A DNA stretch of 64,000 nucleotides from Camelus ferus (Eukaryota): the NCBI RefSeq assembly GCF_009834535.1, contig NC_045697.1:113648001-113712000 (forward strand), written 5' to 3'. Below, piece after piece: positions 51,531 through 64,000 of the stretch (its first letter is position 1; each line of letters starts with the position of its first letter). The translations under genes and the position numbers were made by a program. Under the pieces are notes generated by a model. It had not been told where the DNA came from. It saw nothing but the letters and a program-made list of their open reading frames with translations, and ran no database searches.

Positions 51531-54500
51531 TTCCACCACAACATGAAAAAAGCAAAGAGAAATTCAGTAAGTCTTTTGCCTAACATTCTGGACCCAAAAC
51601 AAGAAGGTTTAACTCTACTTGGCTTTGTAAGGGTTTTCCTTAGTTTTTCTTCCTCTTTCATAGGGAAAACATTTTAAAATTGGCATTTATATTTTTGGAG
51701 TTTCCTTTAGACACTGCTTCAAATGATTTATATCATGGTTGTCTTTATGATGCTTCGTTGAGCTCAATTTCCCTGCCGATCTTGCCCTTCATAATGAATA
51801 AGGGAGGAGACACTTTCTTAGCTTGTGCACAGCCAGCCCGAGGAAGCACCCTTCCCAGTTCCGGGAGTCAGTCTATGAATTCCAGCCAGTTACGAGGCTC
51901 ACGGTAACAAATGATACCCGAGTGGTATTTTAGGATCTAAAAGGAGCTTCCAGTAATCTCAATATCTATGTCTCTTAGCCAAAAATTTTGTTCTGATTTT
52001 TAAAATTGCATGTTTGTATTTTCATAGTCGGAGTTTCAAAAACCTTCCAAAGAACTAAAACAAAAAGTAGAGATTTCTGATTCATCGGTCACTCACTATG
52101 GGGTAATTCCTGGAACACCATCAGTTATTTAATATTAATACATAGACACATGCTGTCCTCTACACACATATATGTGTTTGGTGTATACATGCCAATTCTG
52201 ATGACAAACATTTTCATTTAAAAAAAAACTCTGCAATCACAAAGATTAAAAAATTCTGATTCTGATTATTTTTGTTTCATTGCTGCCTGGCATATAGTAG
52301 GTTAGACGTTCAGGAAACACGCTTTGAACAAATCAAATTAGGGACCATCTGTTCTATCATCCTATTCCTTGGGAATTCTAAGTATTGAGAAAAAGTGGAC
52401 TTGGGAGGGCAGGAATCAGCACAAAGGATGTGGTAGTTGAAGAGATCCTAATCCTGTCCAGGTTTTCAAACTCCTCCCAGGGCATTTTCAAGCGCTCAGC
52501 TTCTGGGTCCTGAACCACCTATTTCTTTCTGTTTCCCAGACAGCGGGAGAAAAATTCTAAGTGCATGTATTTTAGGTTATTTTTCTCTGTATACGATATG
52601 AAGATGACGTAGTATTGTTTGTATATTGTATATTGTTTGTTACTTTTTTGTCAATTGAACACAACTCTATTCTGACATCAATTAATGTTTTCTACTTTCT
52701 TCATTCATTCTAATTAAAGTTTTTGTTCAACTGCTTAATACACGTGCAGGCATTCTAGGGTCACTGACAAAAATACTTAATTTATTATTATTTAATTTAT
52801 TATTATATACTTTAATTTCTAATACTATTATGTGCCACTGCTTATTTGTTTCTTTTGCAAGGATTACCTTTATTTCCAAACTCTGTAGATACATTTATTA
52901 ATGCTGGGGGATTTGAATAGCAACATTATTTTATGTCCTACTTAAACATGAAGAACAGAAAACACACAAGATGTGCAGAGTGTGACTATTATGTACTGAT
53001 TAATGCTTAATCTTACAAAGTCTTCTCATTAATCAGCAGGCATTAAAAGCACGTTAAATTATGTCCATTAACTTAATGTATAGAACTTTCTAAAAGCTGC
53101 CATTCAGACCTTATTATCGTGACCCGAGCTGCTAGGAAGAATTGAGTGGGATTTATGGTTTAGAACAATACTGAAGCTTTCAATTCTTTTATCCTTTTTC
53201 TGTAGTCTTTGGAAGAATGTTACTAAAAATGAGGGATTTGCAATTTATTAGGAAAGATCTCAACCAGGTGACACAAGGCACATTACTCTCTTGTGATTTG
53301 AAGAAACAAAGCGTATTTTATTCACTAGTCCCTTGTCCCTCTCTGTTGACATTACAGGATTATAAGATCAAGTGGAAGTATTGTAAAGTGTTCTGATAAA
53401 CCCTTTCTTTTGAGTTTACTCCCTGAGAAACAATATATCTTTTACCATGTTTTTCTCAGCATGTTCTTTAAAATATAAGGCCAATATGTCGGAATTCAAA
53501 AGGCATGTTACGTAAAATATCCATCATTAGTTGTCCTGCCAAATATTTTGCCAGAATTCTCAATGCTGAGATCTGTGCTTTAATGAGAATTAGCAGAAAT
53601 AGGCCTATAGAGTATTTGCTAATTTATCATATTATCCTTCAAGAGTTGCTTTCTTGGTAACACTGTTATTTTCCTCTTTAATTCTCAACCAGCTCTTTAA
53701 TGATCTCAGTTCCTCATTTTTGTTAATGAAAGGCAACAGGCAGGGAAAATGAATTTCCCCATAATTCCTCCCTGTAGCCTCTGGTGAGTTGACTTTCCCC
53801 ATATTCATTGAAATGTGTTATCTCATTTATCTGGAAATGTCAATGGCTTGTGGAAAGGACTGCATCTGAATGTGACTTGGATAAACATGAGCTAATAACT
53901 CCAAGTAAATGCCTTTCCCTTTGCCCTATGGATATAATTTATTAATGGTAAATGACCTTTTATTTTTCGAGAACATTGAAGTGGAGGAAAGCAGACAGAT
54001 GCTACATGGAATGTTTGAAAGCCTAGGTACAGGCAAGCTAATGACAGTGCAGACATTATTTTGATTTTAAAAGTAAAGTCAGGGGCCAGACCATCGTGTG
54101 TGTATGTGTGCGCACGTATAGAATTAATATTTGCTGGGAAGGCAGTATATGCCAGGCCCTATTTCAGTGTACAGTATACTTCTATTTTATCATTTCACTG
54201 TCAAAGTCACCTCTTTAGGAAATACAGTTAGTCCTTCGTAGGAATGGAGCATCTAAAGCCTGTCCTATTGTCTCTTAGAACCTAGAACAGATTACCACAG
54301 AGGAGGGAGGGTGCTCTGGGAAAACTTGATGTCGACTGAAGGTAAACATGTTGGAGAGTGGTGCTCACGTCTTTTTGCCTTGTTGATATCACAAGAGATG
54401 ACGGAGCAAGTCTGATTCCAGGTCACCAGCCTCACTGCTATTAGGAAAAATTTACTCAGTTTTCTTATTTCTGTGGCTTGAATCATTTCTGCATTTAGTC

Positions 54501-54989
54501 TTAGGTTGCTGAAGGCCAGATAGAGAAATTGCTCCTGCAATTTAGAGAAATGAAGAGACAGTTCTCCATGGTCTGTTTTCCCTCTAAACGCTGGCCAGGA
54601 ATGGGATCCAACCACTACGTTGACAAATGCCGGTGGTAGCTGTGAGTTGAAGTAAAATTCAGGCATAGACAAGAGTGTTTTTTTTTTTTTTTAACGTTTT
54701 ATTTGAAGGATGTAGAATAAAATCAGCACTATTAGGATAACCAATAGAAAGACTAGTAATAGTCTAAAAGGAACACAGGTGTTGGTGATAACGTTTAAAT
54801 AAAAGCAAGATATTTGTCCTTCTGCAATCATTAGGTCTATAAACACACAGCACTGCCTAGATACAAGCTACAGACACCTCACTGGACTGGGCGTACCTCA
54901 TCATTCTTAGAGCTGCGCAAGGAAAAATGTGATTATTGATATATGATACACTTAACAATGACAATTATCTTAACTAACATCCATAGCTC

Positions 54990-55585
54990 ATACAGGCTAA
55001 TAGAGCTTGGTTCAAGTACATCCCCAAGGGCAAAAATCAAACAGGTAAAGAAATTGATCTCACTCAGCCTATTGCAATAGGAGAGGACCTCAGATCCGAG
55101 ATCACACTGTCTCAGCAGATGGCTTTGCCTTAAGCTTTATGAGAGGAGTAGACGCTACAGGTATTGTGGTTTGCACTTGGAATTGATTTGCAAAACGAGG
55201 AAGTCCTGGTAAATTAGCTGTACAGAAATGTTTTTACCTCTGTGTCCAGTTAGTTTCAGGGAAAAATTGGTTCTAATCTCAGTTAATCATTTCAGACAAA
55301 GAACAGGGAATTTGACAATCTGTGTCTGACCTTGTCAGCAAGTTCAGGTGCAAGGGAAAATGTCTGTGTTTGGACTTAGGCAACCAAGGGCGTCACAGTG
55401 AGTCTTATGGAAGTTCTGAGTAAGAGTGGGCAGTGAGTCTTGCCAACACCGTAAGGGAAAGGTGGTTGGTTCTTTGTACTAAGCCACTTTCCAAAACGCA
55501 AAATTGTGGTGGTAGAGGTGGAAAATAAAAGATTGGGTATATTTCTTAACTATCACTGTTTTGTAGTGAAGTTCAATAATGTCAA
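54990..55585 (-). mobile_element. ERV LTR-like remnant
   Basis: ctcactcagcctattgcaataggagag...aagctttatgag...ctttgtactaagccactttccaaaac, LTR-like by eye only. Confidence 0.4.
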
Positions 55586-58500
55586 TACTACTAAACTTAG
55601 GGCTATGAAATGAAGGCAAAAGCTATTCACCCAGATGATTCTGGAAGTTATATTTAGACTTGCAGTGGTACTTACCATGTCATTAGGTCAAGGGAATTAG
55701 AGACATGGGAGAGTGTTCCTGTAACTGAGGAATCTATACCCCTGGGTCTTTCTAAGAGTTTACACTGAGTCTCTCTCCTCACTTCCTCAATGTGAAGATT
55801 CTTCCACTTTGAGGGTGAAAATTGCCACGTAACATGGGCCATCAGGGCAACTTTCTGAGATTATGGAAGATAGCCATTCTTCTGACCCTCTACTGGGCAC
55901 CATTGTTCATCCATCCTGAGATCAAGGCCATTACCAGGAGGGAAATGAGGATGAGCAACAGTAAGCCAGAGACATTCACTAAGGGAAAATGGCATACTTA
56001 CTGATTTGGGGAGAAGTCTGCCTGAAGGTGACTTATGACAAAAACCATCCCCAAACTAAATTGACAAGTAGACCCCAACGTGTTGGGCTAACAGGAATCT
56101 CAAAGTAGAAACAAGTATTGCAACTAATTTAACTAAGTTAATCTTCAAGTGTCACTCAGGAGCAGATTACTATAATGACACTGCCTTTAAGCCCACCCCC
56201 ATGGGGGAGTTCTCCCTCATTACCTTTGTAAGGTAAACACTTTATCACATCTGACAAGTGAAACTCTTGCAACAGGAAGCAATACCAAATGAAACTTTAC
56301 TCCAAGAGAGCAGATGTCTGTTCGTTCACCGTGGAATACTCAATGCCTAAAACTGTGTCTGGAATATGGGACATGCTGAATTCTTACTCACTGAAAGAAT
56401 GAATGAATGAATGAAGACTGAACAAACAAGTGGGTTCCAAGCACAGAACTCAGCCCATCAACTGATTCCAGTGATGTCGTCTCATCCTACCGCTTACCCA
56501 CCACACCTTTACCCCTCAGAATTCACAAAGCGAAATAGATATCAATATATTTTGGAAACACCTCTCTCTATTTCCACTTTCTAAATGTATTTTGTTGTCC
56601 TTTTTTCCCTTCCATCTCATTCAGCTTTTTTTCTTTTGCTTTCATTTTATGATCAGAGGACGTCTTCCATGCTGCCATGTGTTAATATCACCCCAAAGAT
56701 TCTTGTAACTTCATCTTTGTAATTTATTCTATTTCCATAGACTACCAGTTGCCATTCTCTGGAGGCATATATAAAGTTCAGGAGGTTCATCATGTCCTAA
56801 ACAATTATTGAATAATGTGTTCAATAGACTAATTGAACATTCACTGTGTAGACATTTGTCTCTGGCACAGTCTGACCTATTAATAATGAACACAAATTAA
56901 ATTACAGCTGTGGCTCCCATAATCAACATCAATTTCTACTATTCTTTTATTCTAAATAAACATTACTTGACAGAACACAGTAACAACAATTAGAACAAAC
57001 TAAAAGGCTAGATGTAAACATTTACCAAAATATATAACTGGCCCCAAGGCAGTTGGCCAGTTGGAGTCACTAAATATGATTACTGATACAATATATAAAC
57101 ATAATTACTACTGATTTCTATGTATATAAACTCGCACTCCTTTGTATAATTTGCAATAAAATATATGTTATGTTAAATTATCTTCACATTTCAACATAAG
57201 AAATTTTAGAAAAACAGTATCATGTCAAAAACTACTATATTCGTGCCCTTCAGTTCCTGGTAAGTGCAAATTGATCCATTGTTAAACAGATTATTATGCT
57301 GGTTTTCAAACACACGTTTATAAGGTCAGTATAGTTGCAAGAAAATATTTGTTAACAACATCAAGTTTAATTATAAACAGGAGAATGGAATGTCCTTTGT
57401 GGATAATTTCCTATATTATCCAACACTTGTAAAAGAGCCATCAAAGGAAATTGCTCATTAATTGTACATTATGAAATTATCCCTGAGTCTTTGCTAATTT
57501 CTTTCCGACAGATTCAGCCACAATTCCCATAAGATGGCAAAAAACGTAAGTCTAAAACGAGATAATGTTGATTGGATTCTCATAAATTTCTTCCCAATCA
57601 ACGCTTTCATACATACTTGACTAGCTCAACCTCATCTTCAGCTTTAAGGAGGAACAGTAGGAAAATAAATGTCCTGCAATGCACTGTATGTGCACCTCAT
57701 ACAGATACAAATTTTCACTCAGGAAAGAGATTTTTCTTCTGTCATCTACACAGAAGGGGGTAAGTGATCAAAATATTGAGCAGGAAACACACAGATAAAA
57801 AGAACTAATGAATACCAGGTGTTTTATGAGATTCATTTTTTTCTTAAATTATGCAAGTGTCAATATACTGCCTATAAAAAATGCTTTTAGTAACATAACT
57901 ATTCTACTCAGCATGGAAATAACACACTAACCAATTATCTATAATGACTAGCCCACTGGGACAGAAAGATTTATCGGTAGGAGAAGACAGACTAACAAGA
58001 AAATAAATTTGATCTGCCTGAGTTGGATTTAGTGTTGCTTTTAGAGTCTTCATTCTAATCTTCGCAAGTGGGATATTTATTTATCCAACTATCTATCTGT
58101 CTGTCTGTCTATCTATCTGTCTATCTATCCATCTTCCTATCTATTTATCTGTCATTTTTGCTGTTGCACAATTCCATCTTGCTTTGTTCTTTCTGAGATA
58201 CTCAATCTCACCATTATTAAATACATGGCAACAGCTCAAAATGTGACAAGCTGTGTACAGAATAAAAGAAATATAGAAGATAAAGCACGGGAATAAAAAG
58301 CAACAATTGAGAGTGATTTGATACTGTGGAACATAAACATTTCTTAGGTGTCACCAGAATAGCTGTTCTAAAAGAGAAGTCTTCTGTATGAAATGTTGAG
58401 GATAAGTTGAGAGTTGCTTTCTATTCCTTACGACAGTTGGGGCAGAGCGTATCATGGCATCCATGATGGTTTTCCATTTCATTCTCTTCAGAAAGTTTTG

Positions 58501-59299
58501 TGAAAGCAGGGTCTAATATTTTTCCAACTGTTGGTGTGAACTTTGCATTTTTATGTTTAAGGGTTCTCTACAAGTAATTGATATAATACTACACAGGCCA
58601 TAAATTATATTTTAATTTACTCAGTAAAAGAAAAATCCATTAATTAACCATTGTTTAGAATAATGCAATTGGTTAACAAACTATCTCTTCATTACTCACA
58701 GCCCTTGTCAGCTTATCCAACTTCTATAAGACTTAGGGGGAAAAAAGCAATGCACTTTGCACAAAAACTAGGTTGAAAAAAGTTTGCTTTTATTAATGAT
58801 TTAGAAACCAGTGGTCATAAAATTAAAAACTTTACATAAGGAGACTTTTAACTTAAAATATGTATAGCAAAAAGAAGACATTTTGAGAAACTGTGACATT
58901 ATAATGAATGTATATTTTCCTTAAGATAAGGTTTTATTTAACTAAATAATATGAATAACAAAATATTTTGCTGTATAAAATAGCTGATATTCAAGGGCTT
59001 GGAATATATTTGTGTATATTCCAAATATAGATCACCCTAAAAAAAAAAATCGCTAACTAAGCATGGAAGTGATTAAAATCACCAAGAGATGGCAGTAGGT
59101 GTCTATAGGTTAAGTTACTTTAAGGCATTTGGCTATCAATTCCAATGCTGCACTGAAACCAGTGTTGAATTAAATGTTTATATTTAACATTAATCCGCAA
59201 CATTTATGTAAGTTAAATGTAAATGTATATGCATAGATATTTGTATATTATATATACACACATGCAGATACACATAGACCAAGTTTTATATTTATACAT

Positions 59300-59805
59300 T
59301 GTATTAGTTATCTGTTGCTTATAACAAAGTGCCTTGAAACTTGGGGACAAATGTGTATTATTTCATGCATTTTCCAAGGGTCAGGAATCCCAACGAGCCT
59401 TAATGGGTGGTTCTGACTCTGCGTCTCTCACAAGTTGCACTTACGTTGTCTGTGGGTCCAGTCACCTGAAGGTGCCTGACAATCTCCTCTAAACTCATTC
59501 AGAGGGCTGAGTGTCAGGGGCTTCAATTCCCTGCTCTCTGAGCCTCTGCATAGGGGGGTTCCCCTGACTGCATGCTGGCCTCCCCAGAGTGAGTGAGGAA
59601 GGAAAGAGAAAGACCAAGAGGGCAGGCAAGCAAGGAGCCCAGGAGAGAACTCCCGGCCGTCTTCACAACCGGATCTCAAAGTGACCTCCTAACACTTCTG
59701 TTAGCCTCCTGGTCACGTAGATCTACCCTGGTGTAATTTGGGAGAGGACCACACCAGGGTGATGTGAATACCAGTGGGAGTGGTGAGATGCATCTTGCGG
59801 TGGAT
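59300..59805 (-). mobile_element. MLT1-type MaLR LTR
   Basis: tgtattagttatctgttgcttataacaaa...gggtcaggaatcc...ggaccacaccagggtgatgtgaataccag. Confidence 0.7.
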
Positions 59806-60689
59806 TATATATTTATATGTAGCCTTTCCATACTTAATTTTGTTAGCCTTATGTCAAGTTCAACATTTTTATTTCTGTAATTGCAAATATTCTTTTCGTA
59901 TATTTCTACTCTATAAATTTTCTCTTTCCTTCCTTCCTTTCTTTCTTCCTTCCTTCTTTCCCTCCTCCCTTCCTTTCTTCCTTCCTTCCTTCCATCTACC
60001 CTGGCACAACCAAACAAAAGTGAAATGCTTGTATACACATAATTATGTTAAATATTTTTTGATTTCTTGATTGGGACATTATTAAAACTTTTGGAAATAA
60101 AATGTCAGGGAAATTCGCTGATCAAATAATATCTTCTCATCACAAATGGCAGTATCTAGGTAAAAGAATTTCTCATTTACCTTTAGTCAATCTAAGGCAA
60201 CTTTTATTTGCCAGAAACATCTCTTTAGAGGCAAAATATGCTGTTTATTAGAACAAAAACAGTTGTTACAGGTAGAGTGAGTGAGTGTAGGAGTGTGGGA
60301 GCAGAGATACAACACTTTTAAACTGTGAATTTTCTATAAAAACAGCTTTGACAACGCTTTTAAAATGAAACTGTGATGTTGATGGATAGTGGTTGGAAAG
60401 CAGAGCTAAGCAGAAACAGTGTGGAAAGAAGAAGAAAGTCCTTAATTTGTAAGAAAAAAGAATTGCATTTCAAAGTGCTCTCTTGGTTTCAGGTAATCTC
60501 CATCAGGGTTCAGTAGGGAAACCAAACTACTCTAGATACCTTAACACAAAAACATTTAATTCCTGAAAGTTGCTGCTCACAAATTCATTGCAGGTTGTCA
60601 GGGAGAGTTTTTGCGCCCTTTCCAGGTCCTCCCTGGCAGGACTCCCAGAACCTTTAAAACTGACCACCAGGGGGGGCTCCTGCCTGAGA

Positions 60690-60977
60690 CACAAAACAGA
60701 AACAGACGCACAGACATAGAGAACAAACTTATGACTGCCAGTGGGTAAAGGGGGAGGGAAAGGATAAATTGGGAGTTCAAAAATTGCACCTCTTGGGGAG
60801 TGATGGAAATGTTAGCTATCTTGATTATGGTGGTGGCTTTATAGGTGTACACATCTATCAAAATTCATCAAATTGTGCATGTGAAATATGTATAGTTTAC
60901 TGTACAGGAGCTATACCACAATAAAGCTGTTAAAGAAAAAAAGAAAAAGAAAAAGAAAAAGAAAAAGAAAAAGAAAA
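60690..60977 (+). mobile_element. Composite insert: young L1 3'UTR piece, ~145-bp L1M-like 3' end and (GAAAAA)n tail
   Basis: 60690-60788 matches the L1 3'UTR (aaacagaaacagacgcacagacatagagaacaaacttatg..ggataaattgggagtt). 60790-60934 matches 17744-17891 inverted. A (GAAAAA)n tail follows. Confidence 0.75.
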
Positions 60978-63732
60978 CATCACGGAAACGTTCGAGTTTA
61001 AAAATTCACTGAATTTGTGATTTATCAGTAGGCAAGATGGAATTACTGCAGCCGTCAACACAGTAGCCTCTAAACACCTGTAGGGCAGAGGTCGGGCTTC
61101 AGTGATGCTGGAGAAAGTTCCCATTTCCTTACAGTGTTGCAAACAGAAAGTACCTAAACATAAATGAAAGAGGACTTCTGCTTTATTTCCACGTTTTACA
61201 TCTCACATGAGTGCATGCAAACAGCAGTTCCTAAGACCCATAAGAACCCCACCTATAAGAAAATATAGGAAGTGAAGTGTTCATTTTCCAGATTTTTCAG
61301 ACTCTAAAGGCCGTTGGGCATGGATGTAAAATGGTGGTCAATACAGGCAATGGGCAACGTACATCAGTTTCAAGTAAGTGATCATTTCTCTACAGCCTCT
61401 GTCTTTTTCCTTGATGACTTCCTTTCTCTGAATTTCTCTAGAGTTAGATAAAACATACCCCATGTTTTTGTTACCTCCTTTTTTGTAGTAGCACACTCAA
61501 TACGGATAGATTTTAATATCTTCTGTTGAAAAAAAGAATAATGTCTTTCCTTCAGGAATTATCACCTGGCTAAAAGGGATCATTTTTTCAAAGTCAAATG
61601 AATCTTCCATCCCTAGATGGGCTCCCTAGTAAAAGTTCTTTAACAATATCTATACCTGAAAACACATAAGAAAAAATTAACATCTACCAATTACTGAGCA
61701 TCCATTTAGGAAAGTATTGCCATTAATCATAATAATTCCATAAAATAAGCGTTATTACCATTTTACAGATGAGGACAAAGAAACATAGAAATTTTAAGCA
61801 ACTTGCCTAAGAGTACACTGGAACCAAACAAAAGATCCACTATTACAACACAGTTTTATTCTACTGCATGATGGTCACTAACTACATGTTCTACCTAAAG
61901 ACTTTGCATAAAATGGATACATTTAAATTCTTTAATATATATTAAATATAGTTTGTGTTTCTTACGGAATCTAGAACTTTCTAAACTAAGGCTACCTACT
62001 GTGATTAAACTTTCCTTGCAGCCCACAGTGGTAAATGACAAGGAGAGTGGGGGTGGGGTGGGGGTGGGGGCAAAAAACACAGGATATGTTTATTTTTAAT
62101 CCCAGAAATTTAATTTTAAGGTATATTACTAAGTTCATGGATTTAAAATTTTGATTATTTTCTCCCAAGCTGTGCAGAGAGTAGTTAGCAAGTTACTCAT
62201 TGCTTTTGGCTGCGTGGTAACAGATAGGCAAGAACCTAATTCACTGACCTATATAAGGGGTTCTTTTCTTAGGGAAAGAGTAACGACAGGGGAAAACAGC
62301 TCAGGGACGGTACAGCCATCCTTCTCTGCCATTCTTAGCATATGATTGTTTCCCCTCACAGTTGTAATCTGCCTGATCCCCTTCTGGTCATCCCATCTGT
62401 CCTCCAGGCAGGTAGCCGGGAAGAGGGCACATGAGGAGGACAGAGGATACTGAGAGAAGTCAGCCAAACTGCCCCCCCCTTAAACAGCTTGTCCAGATCC
62501 TTCCTATCCAGTACGGGACTGCCTGCACATGAAAAGTACGGCCAGGGAGGAAACCCTTAAGGAATTTACCAATTAGTATTATTTAGTTTAGAATGGAAGG
62601 AGGTTTTTGGTAAATTAATAACAGAAATGATGATCCTAAAATGTTCGGTACCTAGCTCTCTAGAACCTTTAAAAACCAAACATTTTAACTGGGTATGTTT
62701 CTGCTCTGTAAATACCACCTTTCTTATCATAAAGAAAAAGAAAGAAAAGATTTTTGGAAGGCTAACAGCACTGTCTGTAAAACTCTTCTATTTTTGTGAT
62801 GACCCCAAAGCATAGCTGTTAGTTCAGTATTATTAACACTCTAGTTTCAGTGTAAAAAATATTAAACACTATTAAAAATTCCAAATTCCATTTCCAAATT
62901 CCAGTTCTGATAAATGTGGTTTTTAAAATATGTATAGTCTATAATCTAATGCTAAATCTTTGTCCATATATTTTCTTTTCAGATAGTGGGACATGTTTTT
63001 AACATGAAGAGAATAAATATTTCTGAAGTGAAACAGTTATGCATCAAGGGTGCCATCCCAGTGCAAGCCACAGCACCCACCGTCACTAGAGGTGGGAACC
63101 ACACCAACAGGTGCACTGGCTGTTAGAGCTTTTCCCCAGAAATCAGACCCTTCCCTGCTGCACACATTTTATTGTCTGAGACAAGTCACATAGTCATGCA
63201 AATCATCAAAGAAGATACAAAAACAGGTGTGGCCCTACCATAAAAAACTAACATACGTGCCTGCCTTTTTTAAGCCACTATACTAGGAACCCCAAGAGTG
63301 TCTACGAACGAACTTTATTACAAAGTTGGAAAGTGAAGAGTGCTATCCAAGGGTTACAGAAAAAAGGTTATGAAGCAATTAGAAAGTGCTTCGCTAATAA
63401 CCCTGCAATAAAGACTTGCTGTACAAAATAAACATGAATTCACCAATGGAGTCTAAGCATTTCTGGGCACGTAGAAGTAAAGCTCTTGGTACAAGGATGG
63501 CTAAGAGGCCTCATGAAGAATGCTTTATTCATTTGTTTGCCAATATTATTTTTTTTTGGTTTTTTATTTTATTTTGCTTTTTAGGATTTATATTTTTTAA
63601 TTATTTTAGGATTATTATATTTGGTGTTGGATTGGCTTTGGGGGTCTAGTCAAACGAAGAGAGAAGCAAGACCCCTAGTTCCATGGAAATTGTAGTCAAG
63701 TGGGGGTATAGTGTGACAACATACCACCAAGG

Positions 63733-63929
63733 GGATGAAGATGAAGATGAAGAGGATGTTGAAGATGAAGAGGAAGAGGAAGAAGAAGAAGAAGAGGAAA
63801 ATGAAGATGAAGATGAAGATGAAGAGGAAAAGGAAGGTGAAGATAAAGAAGAAGATGAAGATAAAGAAGAAGATGGAGGAGAAGAGGAAGATGAAGAAGA
63901 TGAAGAGGAAGGTAAAGATGTAGATGAAG
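63733..63929. repeat. Imperfect GAA/GAT/GAG trinucleotide low-complexity tract
   Basis: Direct reading. It generates the E/D-rich, K/M-rich and L/H-rich ORFs in three frames. Confidence 0.9.
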
Positions 63930-64000
63930 GTCCACTATAGTTTTATAGTGAAAACAAAAGACAAATCCAGACCACTTCTGACCAGGGACAGGGCTTCCTC

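Noticed and set aside
54292..54672. 126-aa minus-strand ORF in unique sequence
   Set aside because: Non-ATG start, no recognisable domain, no convincing splice signals.
59920..59996. KEGR-repeat / FLPS-repeat ORFs
   Set aside because: These are translations of a (CTTC/CTTT)n simple repeat.

Overview
AT-rich, repeat-dense mammalian genomic DNA (intronic or intergenic), probably from a camelid, inferred from a tRNA-derived SINE resembling the camelid Vic-1 family and many copies of one young L1 3' end. No intact protein-coding gene or credible coding exon was found. The only gene-derived sequence is a processed pseudogene of SUCLG1 (succinyl-CoA ligase alpha subunit) on the minus strand at about 27207-29127. 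It sits inside a decayed L1 and is itself split by a 690-bp ERVK-like solo LTR with a perfect 6-bp target-site duplication. This leaves a 234-codon SUCLG1/LTR chimeric ORF and an LTR pointing antisense into the retrocopy. The rest is L1 fragments of several ages, LTR/MaLR remnants, hAT-type DNA transposon relics and simple repeats. Two observations go beyond ordinary repeat annotation: a perfect 32-bp inverted templated insertion inside a (TA)n tract, and a pair of gapless, co-terminal ~145-bp L1M-like 3' ends. I see no convincing evidence of a new multi-gene system. Repeat family names come from recalled consensus sequences, not a database search, and most repeat boundaries are approximate.
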